A stretch of DNA of 32,000 nt from an uncultured Muribaculaceae bacterium (GCA_965231035.1 OZ246409.1:151101-183100), one strand, 5' to 3'. Positions 1 to 7,755 are shown, counted from the first letter of the stretch. Numbers and translations are program-made. The notes: a model not told the origin generated them from the sequence alone.

Positions 1-327
1 ATAACCAGCAGTACAAGTCGTTTTTATAGTAGAATAAGCAGTTGCAATATATGTACCATCTGTAGTTTGTATTGGGCACTGATTTCGTGCGGTTAATCCA
101 GTATCACCAGATCTATAACCTGTTGGACACAATGTGCGTCCATAATTTACTGCGGGGTTATTTCTTGTAAAGCCAGTGCAATAATAGGTTGCAGTACATG
201 TTGTGCAAGCTGAACCATTCCAATAAGTTCCAGCTGAACATGTTACTTTGGCGGCAAAAGCATCGTTTGCAAATGTGACTGCAAACACACAAAAAAAGAC
301 CCGCAGAAAAATTCTGAGTTTTTTCAA
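1..327 (-). CDS. Cys-rich repeat exported protein, second paralog; N-terminal 109 codons only, continues past the window edge
   Basis: Not in the ORF track because it has no stop in the window. The reverse-strand frame is open from 327 to 1. TTG at 327-325 has GGGGAG 5 nt upstream and an in-frame stop at 363-361, with no other start codon between. It translates (M)KKLRIFLRVFFCVFAVTFANDAFA/AKVTCSAGTYWNGSACTTCTATYYCTG...LCPTGYRSGDTGLTARNQCPIQTTDGTYIATAYSTIKTTCTAGY. That is a signal peptide followed by the same entry module and 60-aa unit (Cys offsets 0/17/38) as the 2416-aa protein. Confidence 0.65.
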   Translation of the reverse strand, partial: MKKLRIFLRVFFCVFAVTFANDAFAAKVTCSAGTYWNGSACTTCTATYYCTGFTRNNPAVNYGRTLCPTGYRSGDTGLTARNQCPIQTTDGTYIATAYSTIKTTCTAGY

Positions 328-347
328 ATATACTCCCCTTGTTAAAC

Positions 348-377
348 ATTCTAGAAAAAACTATGCAAAACTCGCAA
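348..377 (-). promoter_or_regulatory. Candidate sigma70-type promoter for the downstream paralog
   Basis: The reverse strand reads TTGCGA (377-372), an 18-nt spacer, then TAGAAT (353-348), about 20 nt upstream of the TTG start. Confidence 0.3.
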
Positions 378-395
378 GGTAAAAATTTTAATTTT

Positions 396-3300
396 TTACA
401 TATTATCGTCATAAACTGAATATTGGGTACCTTGTGAATTAACACGTAAAGACCCCTTGGTATCAGTTGTCATATTTCCATAATAACTTGTGCCATCAAC
501 TTTTACATTTAACGATGGTGTGGTTTTTTTATCGCTACGAAGATAAACTTTTTCATCGTTAACATGTAATAATTTTCCACAATCTCCAGATTCATCTGCG
601 CCCAAACCATAACCAATTGTCATAGTACCAGCAGGACATGCTGTTCTGGTAATTGAATCATTTGCAGACCAATAACCAGTTCCAACATCCACACAAGATC
701 CATCAGATAAATAATACCCACCTTGACATCCACCAACTGTACACAAACCAGTTACAGTATTATCACTGTTCCAAACGGCTGTTGACCAAGAACTTTGATA
801 TTCGCCGCCACCAGCAGAACATGCAGCGTCACAGAAAGACAAGCCAGGCACACTGGTTGTTGTTCCATCCTGACAAGCTGAGCAATAACCAGATGCAGCT
901 GTGCTGTATGAACCAATTGTGCAGTTTGTACAAGTTGATGCCCCTATATCTGCATAGGTTCCAGCCAAGCATTCAAACAATGGTCCAGTGCTGCCATAGC
1001 TTACAAGTGTAGAAGGACAATAGTGTCCCGCAGTGCAAGTTGTTGCCGTTGTATCATTTGCCGTGGCAATATAAGTACCTGCCGTAGTCTGCCATTTACA
1101 TCCTGTTTGTGCGGTTACGCCAGTTCCACCATCATCGTAATTGATTGGACATTCAGTTCTTGTTCCAGTGCTGCCATAATTAACCAACGAAGCAAGACAA
1201 TAATACCCAGCAGTACATTTTGATTGTGTCGTTGTGTTAGCTGTTGCTATAAATCTTCCAGCTGTCGTTTGAATCTGACATTGAGTATTTGCAGTTTTAC
1301 CCGGGTCTGTGTTTGCGGTATATCCACCAGGGCAAGATGTACAACTGCTTTGACCCGACCCAGACCACAATGTGCCTGTACATTGTATAATTGAACCGGT
1401 ACTACCATATGTGACCAAAGCAGTTGGACAATAGCTGCCAGCAATACAATCAACTTGTGTTGTAGAATATGGGGTGTCAATATATTTACCACCAGTTGTT
1501 TGCAATGCACACTGATTTTCTGAATAAAGACTCGTACCGCCAGCTGTGTAACCTGTTGGACAAGCTATCAAAGATCCTGTGTCACCGTAAGTAACCAATG
1601 TGGACGGACAATAATATCCTGATAAACATCGATTCTGAGAAGTGGAATTAGCGGTTGGAATGTAGAAACCTGAACTTGTTAAAATTTTACACTGGTTTTG
1701 TGCAGAAAGCCCCGTGCCACCATTTACATAATTTGTTGGACATGCAACCTGGGGTCCTGTGCTACTCCATCCCACCAGACCACCGGGACAATATGTTCCA
1801 GCGGCACAAATTGTTTCAGTTGTAGCATTTGATGTCGCAATATAATATCCGGCCGTTGCTTGAAATTTACATCCGCTTTTTGATGTTACGCCTGTACCAC
1901 CTTTATCATAATTAGTTGGACAAACAGTTATAGATCCGGTGCTGCCATAATTTATTGATGCAGAGTCACAATAGTATCCAGATTCACAAGTTGTTAATGT
2001 TATATCATTTGCCGTTTTAATATAACTTCCCGCGGTTGTTGTCCATTTACATTCAGTTATTGAGCCTTTACCTGTTCCGCCATTTACATAATTTGTTGGA
2101 CATGCTACAACCGAGCCAGTGCTGCCATAAGTAATCAAAGTTGCCGGACAATAATTACCAGCAGTGCAGGTTGTTTGTGTTGTTGCCCCTGCAGTTGCAA
2201 TATAATACCCTGCGTTTGTTTGCAATGCACACTGATTCTGTGCAGAAAGACCAGTTCCACCTTTATCATAATTTGTTGGGCAGGTCGATCTGGTTCCGGT
2301 GCTGCCATAATTTACTAATGCAGCCAGGCAATAATATCCAGTTGTACAAGTTGTTTGTGTGGTCGAATTTGCAGTTGCAATCCAATTTCCCGCGGTTGTT
2401 TGAATTTGGCATTGTGATTGTAATGTTTTACCAGCTGTCGTGTTTGCATCATATCCAGTTGGACAAGTGGTGCAACTGGACGCGCCCGCCGCCGAATATG
2501 TTGCACCTGTACACTGAGTTCTGGAACCTGTGCCGCCATAGGTAACCAATGCCGCAGGGCAATAATATCCAGCCAAACAATCAACCTGTGTCGAAGAGTT
2601 TGGTGTATCTATATACTTACCTGCTGTTGTAGTAAGTTGACATTGAGTGATTAAAGTTTTTCCAGCTGTTGTATTATTTGTATATCCTGTTGGACAGGCA
2701 GTACAGCTGGACGAACCAGATCCAGAGTATGTCGCACCAGTACATTGCCCTCTGACTCCAGTACTACCATAATTTACTAAACTTGCAGGACAATAATATC
2801 CAGCCGCGCACATTGTTTGTGTTGAATCATTAGCAGTCGCAATATAATAACCAGCATTCGTTTGTATCTGACAATCCGTTTGTGCTGCGGCGCCAGTTCC
2901 ACCATTCATATATCCTGTCGGGCAGGTTGTTAAACCTTGATCAGATGTGCTAGTACTGAATGTTCCACCTAAACAATAACTTCCAGCTGTACAAGTCGAA
3001 CAAGAACCTGAATTGGCTGGTAAATACTGTCCCGCACTGCAAGTAATAGAAGTAACTGTCCATTGAGCATACAATGTAGTAATAGTTGTCGAATCCCAAG
3101 ATTTTGCAGATGCACCAGAAGAGGTGTAATACTGTGTTCCGCCACTGGCTGAATCATAGTAACCATTAAATGTATAACCTGTGCGAGTTGGCATAGTTGC
3201 ACTTGGCATTGCCGCGGCATATGTAACAACAACCGAATCTGTACCCCCAGAACCACTCTCTTTATTAAATGTTATGGTATATGTGTTTGGGGCGCACGCG

Positions 3301-6300
3301 TTATATTCATCAAGAGAATATCCTGCTATACAATTAGCAGAACAATTGTTAGTTACACTATTATCAGTATTCCAAACGGCGGTTGCCCAAGAGCTTACAA
3401 ATTCATTACTGTTTGAACATGTTGTCTCGCAAGCATTAGGAGTAAGTTCACCCGTAGTCATTCCATTTTGACAAGCTATACACGAACTTGCGCCATCAGA
3501 ACTGTATGACCCCGCCATACAATTTTCACAACTAGAGGAACCTGATACAGAGTATGTTCCTGCCGAACATTGTGTCATATCACCAGTGTTGCCATATGAA
3601 ACCAAAACAGCCTGGCAATAATAACCAGCAGGACAAGTTGTTGTAGAAGTGTCATTTGCTGTTGCTATATAATTTCCAGCCGTAGTTTGTATCTGACATT
3701 GAGTTATATCTGTTTTACCAGCATCGGTATTTGATGTATATCCAGTCGGACATGCAGAACAAGTTCCCGATCCAGATGTTGAATATGTTGCACCTGTACA
3801 CTGTGTTCTGCTACCTGTGCTGCCATAATTAACTAATGATGCAGGACATGAATATCCAGCAGTACAAGTTGTCGTACTGGTGTCATTTGCTGTGGCAACA
3901 TAAGTACCAACAGTTGTTTGTATCTGACATTGTGTCGCAGATGTTTTTCCACCAGTCGTATTGGCTGTGTAATTTGTTGGACATGCTGTACAACTGGATG
4001 CTCCAGATTCCGAATATGTTGCACCAGAACATTGCACTTGTGCACCAGACCCACCATAACTTACCCATGCTGCGGGACAGTAATATCCAGCTGGACATGT
4101 TGTTGTTGTTGTATCGTGAACATTCTTAATATAAGTCCCCGCAGTTGTATAGAATGTACATTGATTTTGTGCAAACATTCCAGTTCCACCATCATCATAG
4201 TTGGTTGGACATGGTGACATAGCACCTGTATCACCATAATTTACAGTTGTTCCTGGACAATAATATCCCCCAGGGCAAATTGTTTCAGAAGTATCTTGTT
4301 CATTTGCAATATAATAACCATCAGTTGTTTGGAACATACATTCATATTCAGATGTTAAGTTACCGCCACCATCATCATAATTTTCTGGACAAGATGCTAT
4401 ACCTTGATCTGATTCTGTGCTGACATTATAAGTTCCACCGACGCAGTAGCTATCCGTAGGACAGTCAGAACAAGTTTCTAAATTCACTGGTAAATAAGTT
4501 CCAGCATTGCATGTTACAGATGAAAGTGTCCACTGGGCATAGAGTGTTGTAGATGATGTTTTATCCAAAGATTTTGTGGATGTACCTGTTGCGTCATAAT
4601 ATTGTGTTCCCCCGCTTACAGCATCATAATAACCAATAAATTTATATCCAGATTTTGTTGGTGTGGTTACACTCGGCATAGCAGAGTCATACGTAGCTGA
4701 TACGGATGAAGTTCCACCAGTTCCAGATTGTGCATCAAAAGTAATGTTGTATGTATTTGCTGTCCAATGTGCATATAATGTTGCACTAGAAGTTTTATTC
4801 CATACACTCGCAGATGCACCAGAAGATGTGTAATACTGGGTTCCACCACTTATCGCATCATAATAACCAGCAAACGTATATCCTGTTCTTGTTGGCATAG
4901 TTGCAGATGACATTGCAGAATTATATGGTGCAATAACAGATGCAGTGCCACCAGTTCCACCTTGTGCATCAAGTGTTACTAAATACATAGTTGGCGAACA
5001 TGTACCTCCTGAAATACCATACCCAGCAGCACAACTTACTACTGCGCATATATTAGAAACTTCATTACTGCTGGAATCCCAAGTTGCCACGTCCCATTCT
5101 GTTTCATAGCCAGTATAATTAGAGCAGTTTATATCACATTCTGTTAACCCTTCATCGGATGTGGTTGAACCACCTTGACATGGAATACATGAATCCGAAG
5201 CATCTTCACTGTATGATCCAACTGCACAATTATTGCATGTTGACGAACCAGATAAAGAATAAAGCCCAGCAGGACAACCAGTTGAACTGCCAGTACTTCC
5301 ATAATTAATCAATGAAGCAGGGCAGTAATATCCAGCAAAACATGTCGTTAAAGTTGTATCATTTGCGGTTGCAATATATGTTCCAGCAGTTGTTTGTATT
5401 TGACACTGATTCTGAGCAGTTAAACCAGTTCCACCATCATCATAATTAGTTGGACAGGATGATAAACCAGCGTTTGCAGATGTTGAACGTGTTGCAGTCA
5501 CACCTGTGCAATAATTATTTGATAAACAAGTAGAACAAGCACGACTGGTCTCGGTTGTATTATATAAAAAGTAATTACCAGCAGAACAAGTCAAACTCCA
5601 AGGACAAGCATTAGCCCCACTACCAGTTCCAACATAGCTGGCAGCACTTGGTTTATTAGAACAACTGGAACATGTTTCAGCACCAGAACCATAGTAATAA
5701 TTATGTGCAGCTTTATAGCTTCCAGATGAGCAGGTGCTAACAGTATTACTATTTGCGTTCGCAATGTATTTATCCGCTGTCAATATTGTGCTAGGGATAT
5801 AACATGATGTAGCAGAAGTAGCACTTGAGGCCGAGGTTGTATAATTACTGCCCAATGTTGTACATGCTGTAATACCTTGAGCAGAGCTGGCGTTATAATA
5901 ATATCCTCCACCAGGGCAATAACTACCTGGAGAACAATTTATACAATAGCTGCTATCTGCGGGCAAATATTGACCAGGATTACATGTAATGAAATTCGGT
6001 GTGTATTGTGCATATAATGTTGTGTCGTATGGTATCGGCCATTCGGAGATCAAAGGTTGACCAGAAGCGTCATATATATAATCACCATAATAATCATCCT
6101 CGTAATACCCCTGAAAGGTATAATTATTTATAAAAGGGGGGCCTTGCCATGTCAACTCTGGCAATGAATCGCCATATTGAACTGTTAGAGGACCAGAATC
6201 ATATTGTCCACCTTGTCCCCCCGCATCATCAAAAGTTATTGTGTATGTATTTGCTGAACATGTTGCATTATAACTACCATTATTAACTATATTGCCATAA

Positions 6301-7646
6301 CCTTCATTACAAGATGTTGTGTAGGTACAAACATTACTTACAACAGATAACGAACAACTTGCATTAACTGCAGCACATGCAGTACATGGATTTGCAACAC
6401 CTGTGCTGCCATATGAAATTAATGCAGCTGGGCAAGAATTATTCGCAGGGCATGTTGTTGCAGTTGTTGCATTTGCGGTTGCAATATAAGTACCAGCAGT
6501 TGTTTGAAATTTACACTGATTTTGTGCAGTCAGAGAACTGCCACCAGATGTATAATTCGTAGGGCATGTACTTAATCCACCTGTTGCACCATATCCACCA
6601 TAACTAACCAACAACCCTGGACAATAATAACCACCACCCGGACAAGATGTTTGTGTGGCAGAATTTGCAGTTACTACATAAAATCCCGCAGGAACATTCA
6701 TCTGGCACTGTGATGCTGATGACTTTTGAACGGCAGTATTTGCATTATAACCTGATGGACATGTGGTACAGCTGGATGCACCACCAGATGCATATGTTGC
6801 ACCTGTACATTGAATCATATTTCCAGCAATACCATAAGGAATCAAAGTCGCCGGACATTGATATCCGGGTGGACATGATATCTGGGTGGTTCCCCCAGCA
6901 GTTACATAATACCCGCCCGTAGTTTGAAATTTACATTGACTTTGTGATGTTACCGAAGTTCCACCATTAACATAGTTGGTAGGACAAGAATTTATACCTT
7001 GGTTTGAAGCACTTGTAGTAAAAGTTCCACCAGTACAGTAACTTCCCGCAGTACAAGCAGAACAACTGGTGGCATTAGCAGGTAAATAAGTTCCAGCACT
7101 GCATGTTACAGTGTTTGCTGTCCAATGTTCATACAAGTATGTTGAATCTGAAGAAATAGTTGTTGGAGATGGTAAAACACCACTTGCAGGTATTATCTGT
7201 GTTCCACCACTGGTCGCTGTATAATATCCTGCAAAAGTATAATTTGTTCTGGTTGGAATTGTAACACTGGTGATTGTTGTACTGCCATCTGTCCATCTTA
7301 CACCAAGTATTTCATAAATATATCCAATACCACTGTTTGTAGTGTTAGAATAATTTCTCAATGTAATTTCATATGTTGGTCTAGGACAATAATTTGACCC
7401 TGGACAATAATATCCTTGTCTCCCTGTATAGTTATCATAATCCTGACAACTACAACATCTGTTATCTGTCGCTTCTTCATTAATTTCTTCGCCTGCACAA
7501 CCATCATCAGTGCCGTTACACAAGTAATATCCTTCGACACAAGAGCTATAATCTTTGTAAACAGGGCAGCTATAACCAGCAGCAAACGCATTACCGGCAA
7601 AAAGTACCATTAATAAAAACGTAAAAAGCCTTGCAAATCGTGGCAT
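396..7646 (-). CDS. Giant exported cysteine-rich repeat protein (2416 aa): Flg_new/InlB-B-repeat-like modules plus ephrin-receptor-like (GCC2_GCC3-type) Cys-rich units; putative surface adhesin or host-interaction protein
   Basis: Single uninterrupted ORF. The N-terminus MPRFARLFTFLLMVLFAGNAFA/AGY looks like a Sec signal peptide. Five Cys-free modules match the Listeria-Bacteroides repeat pattern (YTITFD..GG......P..PT+.GY.F.GYY......LYAQW). Units such as CTGATYSGSGSSSCTACPTGYTNNTTAGKTLITQC resemble the C..C..G.Y......C..CP.G pattern of ephrin-receptor-like repeats. About 157 Cys by hand count. Confidence 0.9.
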   Translation of the reverse strand: MPRFARLFTFLLMVLFAGNAFAAGYSCPVYKDYSSCVEGYYLCNGTDDGCAGEEINEEATDNRCCSCQDYDNYTGRQGYYCPGSNYCPRPTYEITLRNYSNTTNSGIGYIYEILGVRWTDGSTTITSVTIPTRTNYTFAGYYTATSGGTQIIPASGVLPSPTTISSDSTYLYEHWTANTVTCSAGTYLPANATSCSACTAGSYCTGGTFTTSASNQGINSCPTNYVNGGTSVTSQSQCKFQTTGGYYVTAGGTTQISCPPGYQCPATLIPYGIAGNMIQCTGATYASGGASSCTTCPSGYNANTAVQKSSASQCQMNVPAGFYVVTANSATQTSCPGGGYYCPGLLVSYGGYGATGGLSTCPTNYTSGGSSLTAQNQCKFQTTAGTYIATANATTATTCPANNSCPAALISYGSTGVANPCTACAAVNASCSLSVVSNVCTYTTSCNEGYGNIVNNGSYNATCSANTYTITFDDAGGQGGQYDSGPLTVQYGDSLPELTWQGPPFINNYTFQGYYEDDYYGDYIYDASGQPLISEWPIPYDTTLYAQYTPNFITCNPGQYLPADSSYCINCSPGSYCPGGGYYYNASSAQGITACTTLGSNYTTSASSATSATSCYIPSTILTADKYIANANSNTVSTCSSGSYKAAHNYYYGSGAETCSSCSNKPSAASYVGTGSGANACPWSLTCSAGNYFLYNTTETSRACSTCLSNNYCTGVTATRSTSANAGLSSCPTNYDDGGTGLTAQNQCQIQTTAGTYIATANDTTLTTCFAGYYCPASLINYGSTGSSTGCPAGLYSLSGSSTCNNCAVGSYSEDASDSCIPCQGGSTTSDEGLTECDINCSNYTGYETEWDVATWDSSSNEVSNICAVVSCAAGYGISGGTCSPTMYLVTLDAQGGTGGTASVIAPYNSAMSSATMPTRTGYTFAGYYDAISGGTQYYTSSGASASVWNKTSSATLYAHWTANTYNITFDAQSGTGGTSSVSATYDSAMPSVTTPTKSGYKFIGYYDAVSGGTQYYDATGTSTKSLDKTSSTTLYAQWTLSSVTCNAGTYLPVNLETCSDCPTDSYCVGGTYNVSTESDQGIASCPENYDDGGGNLTSEYECMFQTTDGYYIANEQDTSETICPGGYYCPGTTVNYGDTGAMSPCPTNYDDGGTGMFAQNQCTFYTTAGTYIKNVHDTTTTTCPAGYYCPAAWVSYGGSGAQVQCSGATYSESGASSCTACPTNYTANTTGGKTSATQCQIQTTVGTYVATANDTSTTTCTAGYSCPASLVNYGSTGSRTQCTGATYSTSGSGTCSACPTGYTSNTDAGKTDITQCQIQTTAGNYIATANDTSTTTCPAGYYCQAVLVSYGNTGDMTQCSAGTYSVSGSSSCENCMAGSYSSDGASSCIACQNGMTTGELTPNACETTCSNSNEFVSSWATAVWNTDNSVTNNCSANCIAGYSLDEYNACAPNTYTITFNKESGSGGTDSVVVTYAAAMPSATMPTRTGYTFNGYYDSASGGTQYYTSSGASAKSWDSTTITTLYAQWTVTSITCSAGQYLPANSGSCSTCTAGSYCLGGTFSTSTSDQGLTTCPTGYMNGGTGAAAQTDCQIQTNAGYYIATANDSTQTMCAAGYYCPASLVNYGSTGVRGQCTGATYSGSGSSSCTACPTGYTNNTTAGKTLITQCQLTTTAGKYIDTPNSSTQVDCLAGYYCPAALVTYGGTGSRTQCTGATYSAAGASSCTTCPTGYDANTTAGKTLQSQCQIQTTAGNWIATANSTTQTTCTTGYYCLAALVNYGSTGTRSTCPTNYDKGGTGLSAQNQCALQTNAGYYIATAGATTQTTCTAGNYCPATLITYGSTGSVVACPTNYVNGGTGKGSITECKWTTTAGSYIKTANDITLTTCESGYYCDSASINYGSTGSITVCPTNYDKGGTGVTSKSGCKFQATAGYYIATSNATTETICAAGTYCPGGLVGWSSTGPQVACPTNYVNGGTGLSAQNQCKILTSSGFYIPTANSTSQNRCLSGYYCPSTLVTYGDTGSLIACPTGYTAGGTSLYSENQCALQTTGGKYIDTPYSTTQVDCIAGSYCPTALVTYGSTGSIIQCTGTLWSGSGQSSCTSCPGGYTANTDPGKTANTQCQIQTTAGRFIATANTTTQSKCTAGYYCLASLVNYGSTGTRTECPINYDDGGTGVTAQTGCKWQTTAGTYIATANDTTATTCTAGHYCPSTLVSYGSTGPLFECLAGTYADIGASTCTNCTIGSYSTAASGYCSACQDGTTTSVPGLSFCDAACSAGGGEYQSSWSTAVWNSDNTVTGLCTVGGCQGGYYLSDGSCVDVGTGYWSANDSITRTACPAGTMTIGYGLGADESGDCGKLLHVNDEKVYLRSDKKTTPSLNVKVDGTSYYGNMTTDTKGSLRVNSQGTQYSVYDDNM
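972..2924 (-). repeat. Array of ten Cys-rich units (aa 1575-2225), lengths 60, 77, 77, 60, 60, 60, 60, 60, 77, 60 aa
   Basis: Unit-initial Cys at aa 1575, 1635, 1712, 1789, 1849, 1909, 1969, 2029, 2089 and 2166; the exit module starts at 2226. No indels are needed and the Cys offsets are the same as in the other arrays. The 60-aa consensus is CPTNY[DV].GGTG..AQNQC..QTTAG.YIATAN.TT.TTC.AGYYCP..LV.YGSTG.... Confidence 0.85.
3057..3284 (-). repeat. B-repeat module 5 (aa 1455-1530)
   Basis: TYTITFNKESGSGGTDSVVVTYAAAMPSATMPTRTGYTFNGYYDSASGGTQYY...TLYAQWT. At the DNA level, 3115-3212 is 79/98 identical to 4819-4916 (module 3) in my by-eye alignment. Confidence 0.75.
3570..4391 (-). repeat. Array of four Cys-rich units (aa 1086-1359), lengths 60, 60, 77, 77 aa
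   Basis: Unit-initial Cys at aa 1086, 1146, 1206 and 1283; the exit module starts at 1360. Cys offsets are 0/17/38/44 in the 60-aa units and 0/13/16/34/55/61 in the 77-aa units. Confidence 0.8.
4527..4988 (-). repeat. B-repeat modules 3 and 4 in tandem (aa 887-963 and 965-1040)
   Basis: MYLVTLDAQGGTGGTASVIAPYNSAMSSATMPTRTGYTFAGYYDAISGGTQYY...TLYAHWTAN, followed by TYNITFDAQSGTGGTSSVSATYDSAMPSVTTPTKSGYKFIGYYDAVSGGTQYY...TLYAQWT. Confidence 0.75.
6003..6248 (-). repeat. B-repeat module 2 (aa 467-548), Flg_new-like, Cys-free
   Basis: TYTITFDDAGGQGGQYDSGPLTVQYGDSLPEL...NNYTFQGYYEDD...TTLYAQYTPN. Confidence 0.6.
7116..7376 (-). repeat. B-repeat module 1 (aa 91-177), Flg_new-like, Cys-free
   Basis: TYEITLRNYSNTTNSG...IPTRTNYTFAGYYTATSGGTQI...STYLYEHWTAN. 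Confidence 0.6.
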
Positions 7647-7676
7647 TTATTTATTTCTACTCTCTTAATCTTATGC

Positions 7677-7706
7677 ATTATAGAAAAAATACCAAATGTG
7701 TTGCAA
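7677..7706 (-). promoter_or_regulatory. Candidate promoter of the giant gene
   Basis: The reverse strand reads TTGCAA (7706-7701), an 18-nt spacer, then TATAAT (7682-7677). A purine-rich AAGAGAG lies about 13 nt upstream of the ATG at 7646. Confidence 0.45.
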
Positions 7707-7727
7707 GACAAAAACCTTCTAGAAACA

Positions 7728-7755
7728 TTGACTTTTGCAATCAAGGTGCTAAAAT
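7728..7755 (+). promoter_or_regulatory. Candidate promoter of rnpB
   Basis: TTGACT (7728-7733), a 16-nt spacer, then TAAAAT (7750-7755). The predicted start, about 7 nt downstream, coincides with the 5' end of helix P1. Confidence 0.5.

Noticed and set aside
158-445. Track ORF of 95 aa on the minus strand spanning the giant-gene stop and the paralog start
   Set aside because: It is in the wrong frame. It reads across the intergenic promoter/SD region and out of frame through the paralog's signal peptide. The in-frame TTG-initiated ORF at 327..1 gives a coherent signal peptide plus repeat modules.
6135-6222. Homopolymer tracts (G6 at about 6135-6140 and C6 at about 6213-6218 in the giant gene; also an A8 on the coding strand near 27853-27860 in the 573-aa gene) as phase-variation switches
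   Set aside because: The tracts are short (6-8 nt), are in frame, and encode sensible residues (QGPPF, DAGGQGG, SKQKKQ). There is no evidence of slippage from a single sequence.
653-7613. More than 20 ORFs of 60-134 aa on both strands inside 396-7646 (for example 2141-2545 +, 653-1012 +, 3181-3471 +, 2969-3256 -, 7358-7600 -)
   Set aside because: All are nested in or antisense to the 2416-aa ORF. Their translations are low-complexity and have no signal or motif. The repeat composition (few A/T-only triplets) simply depletes stop codons in the alternative frames.
396-7646. Possibility that the periodic DNA repeats are a CRISPR array or a satellite
   Set aside because: The periodicity is 180 or 231 nt, lies in one continuous reading frame, and is conserved at the protein rather than the nucleotide level. 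There is no short identical direct repeat with unique spacers, and there are no cas genes.
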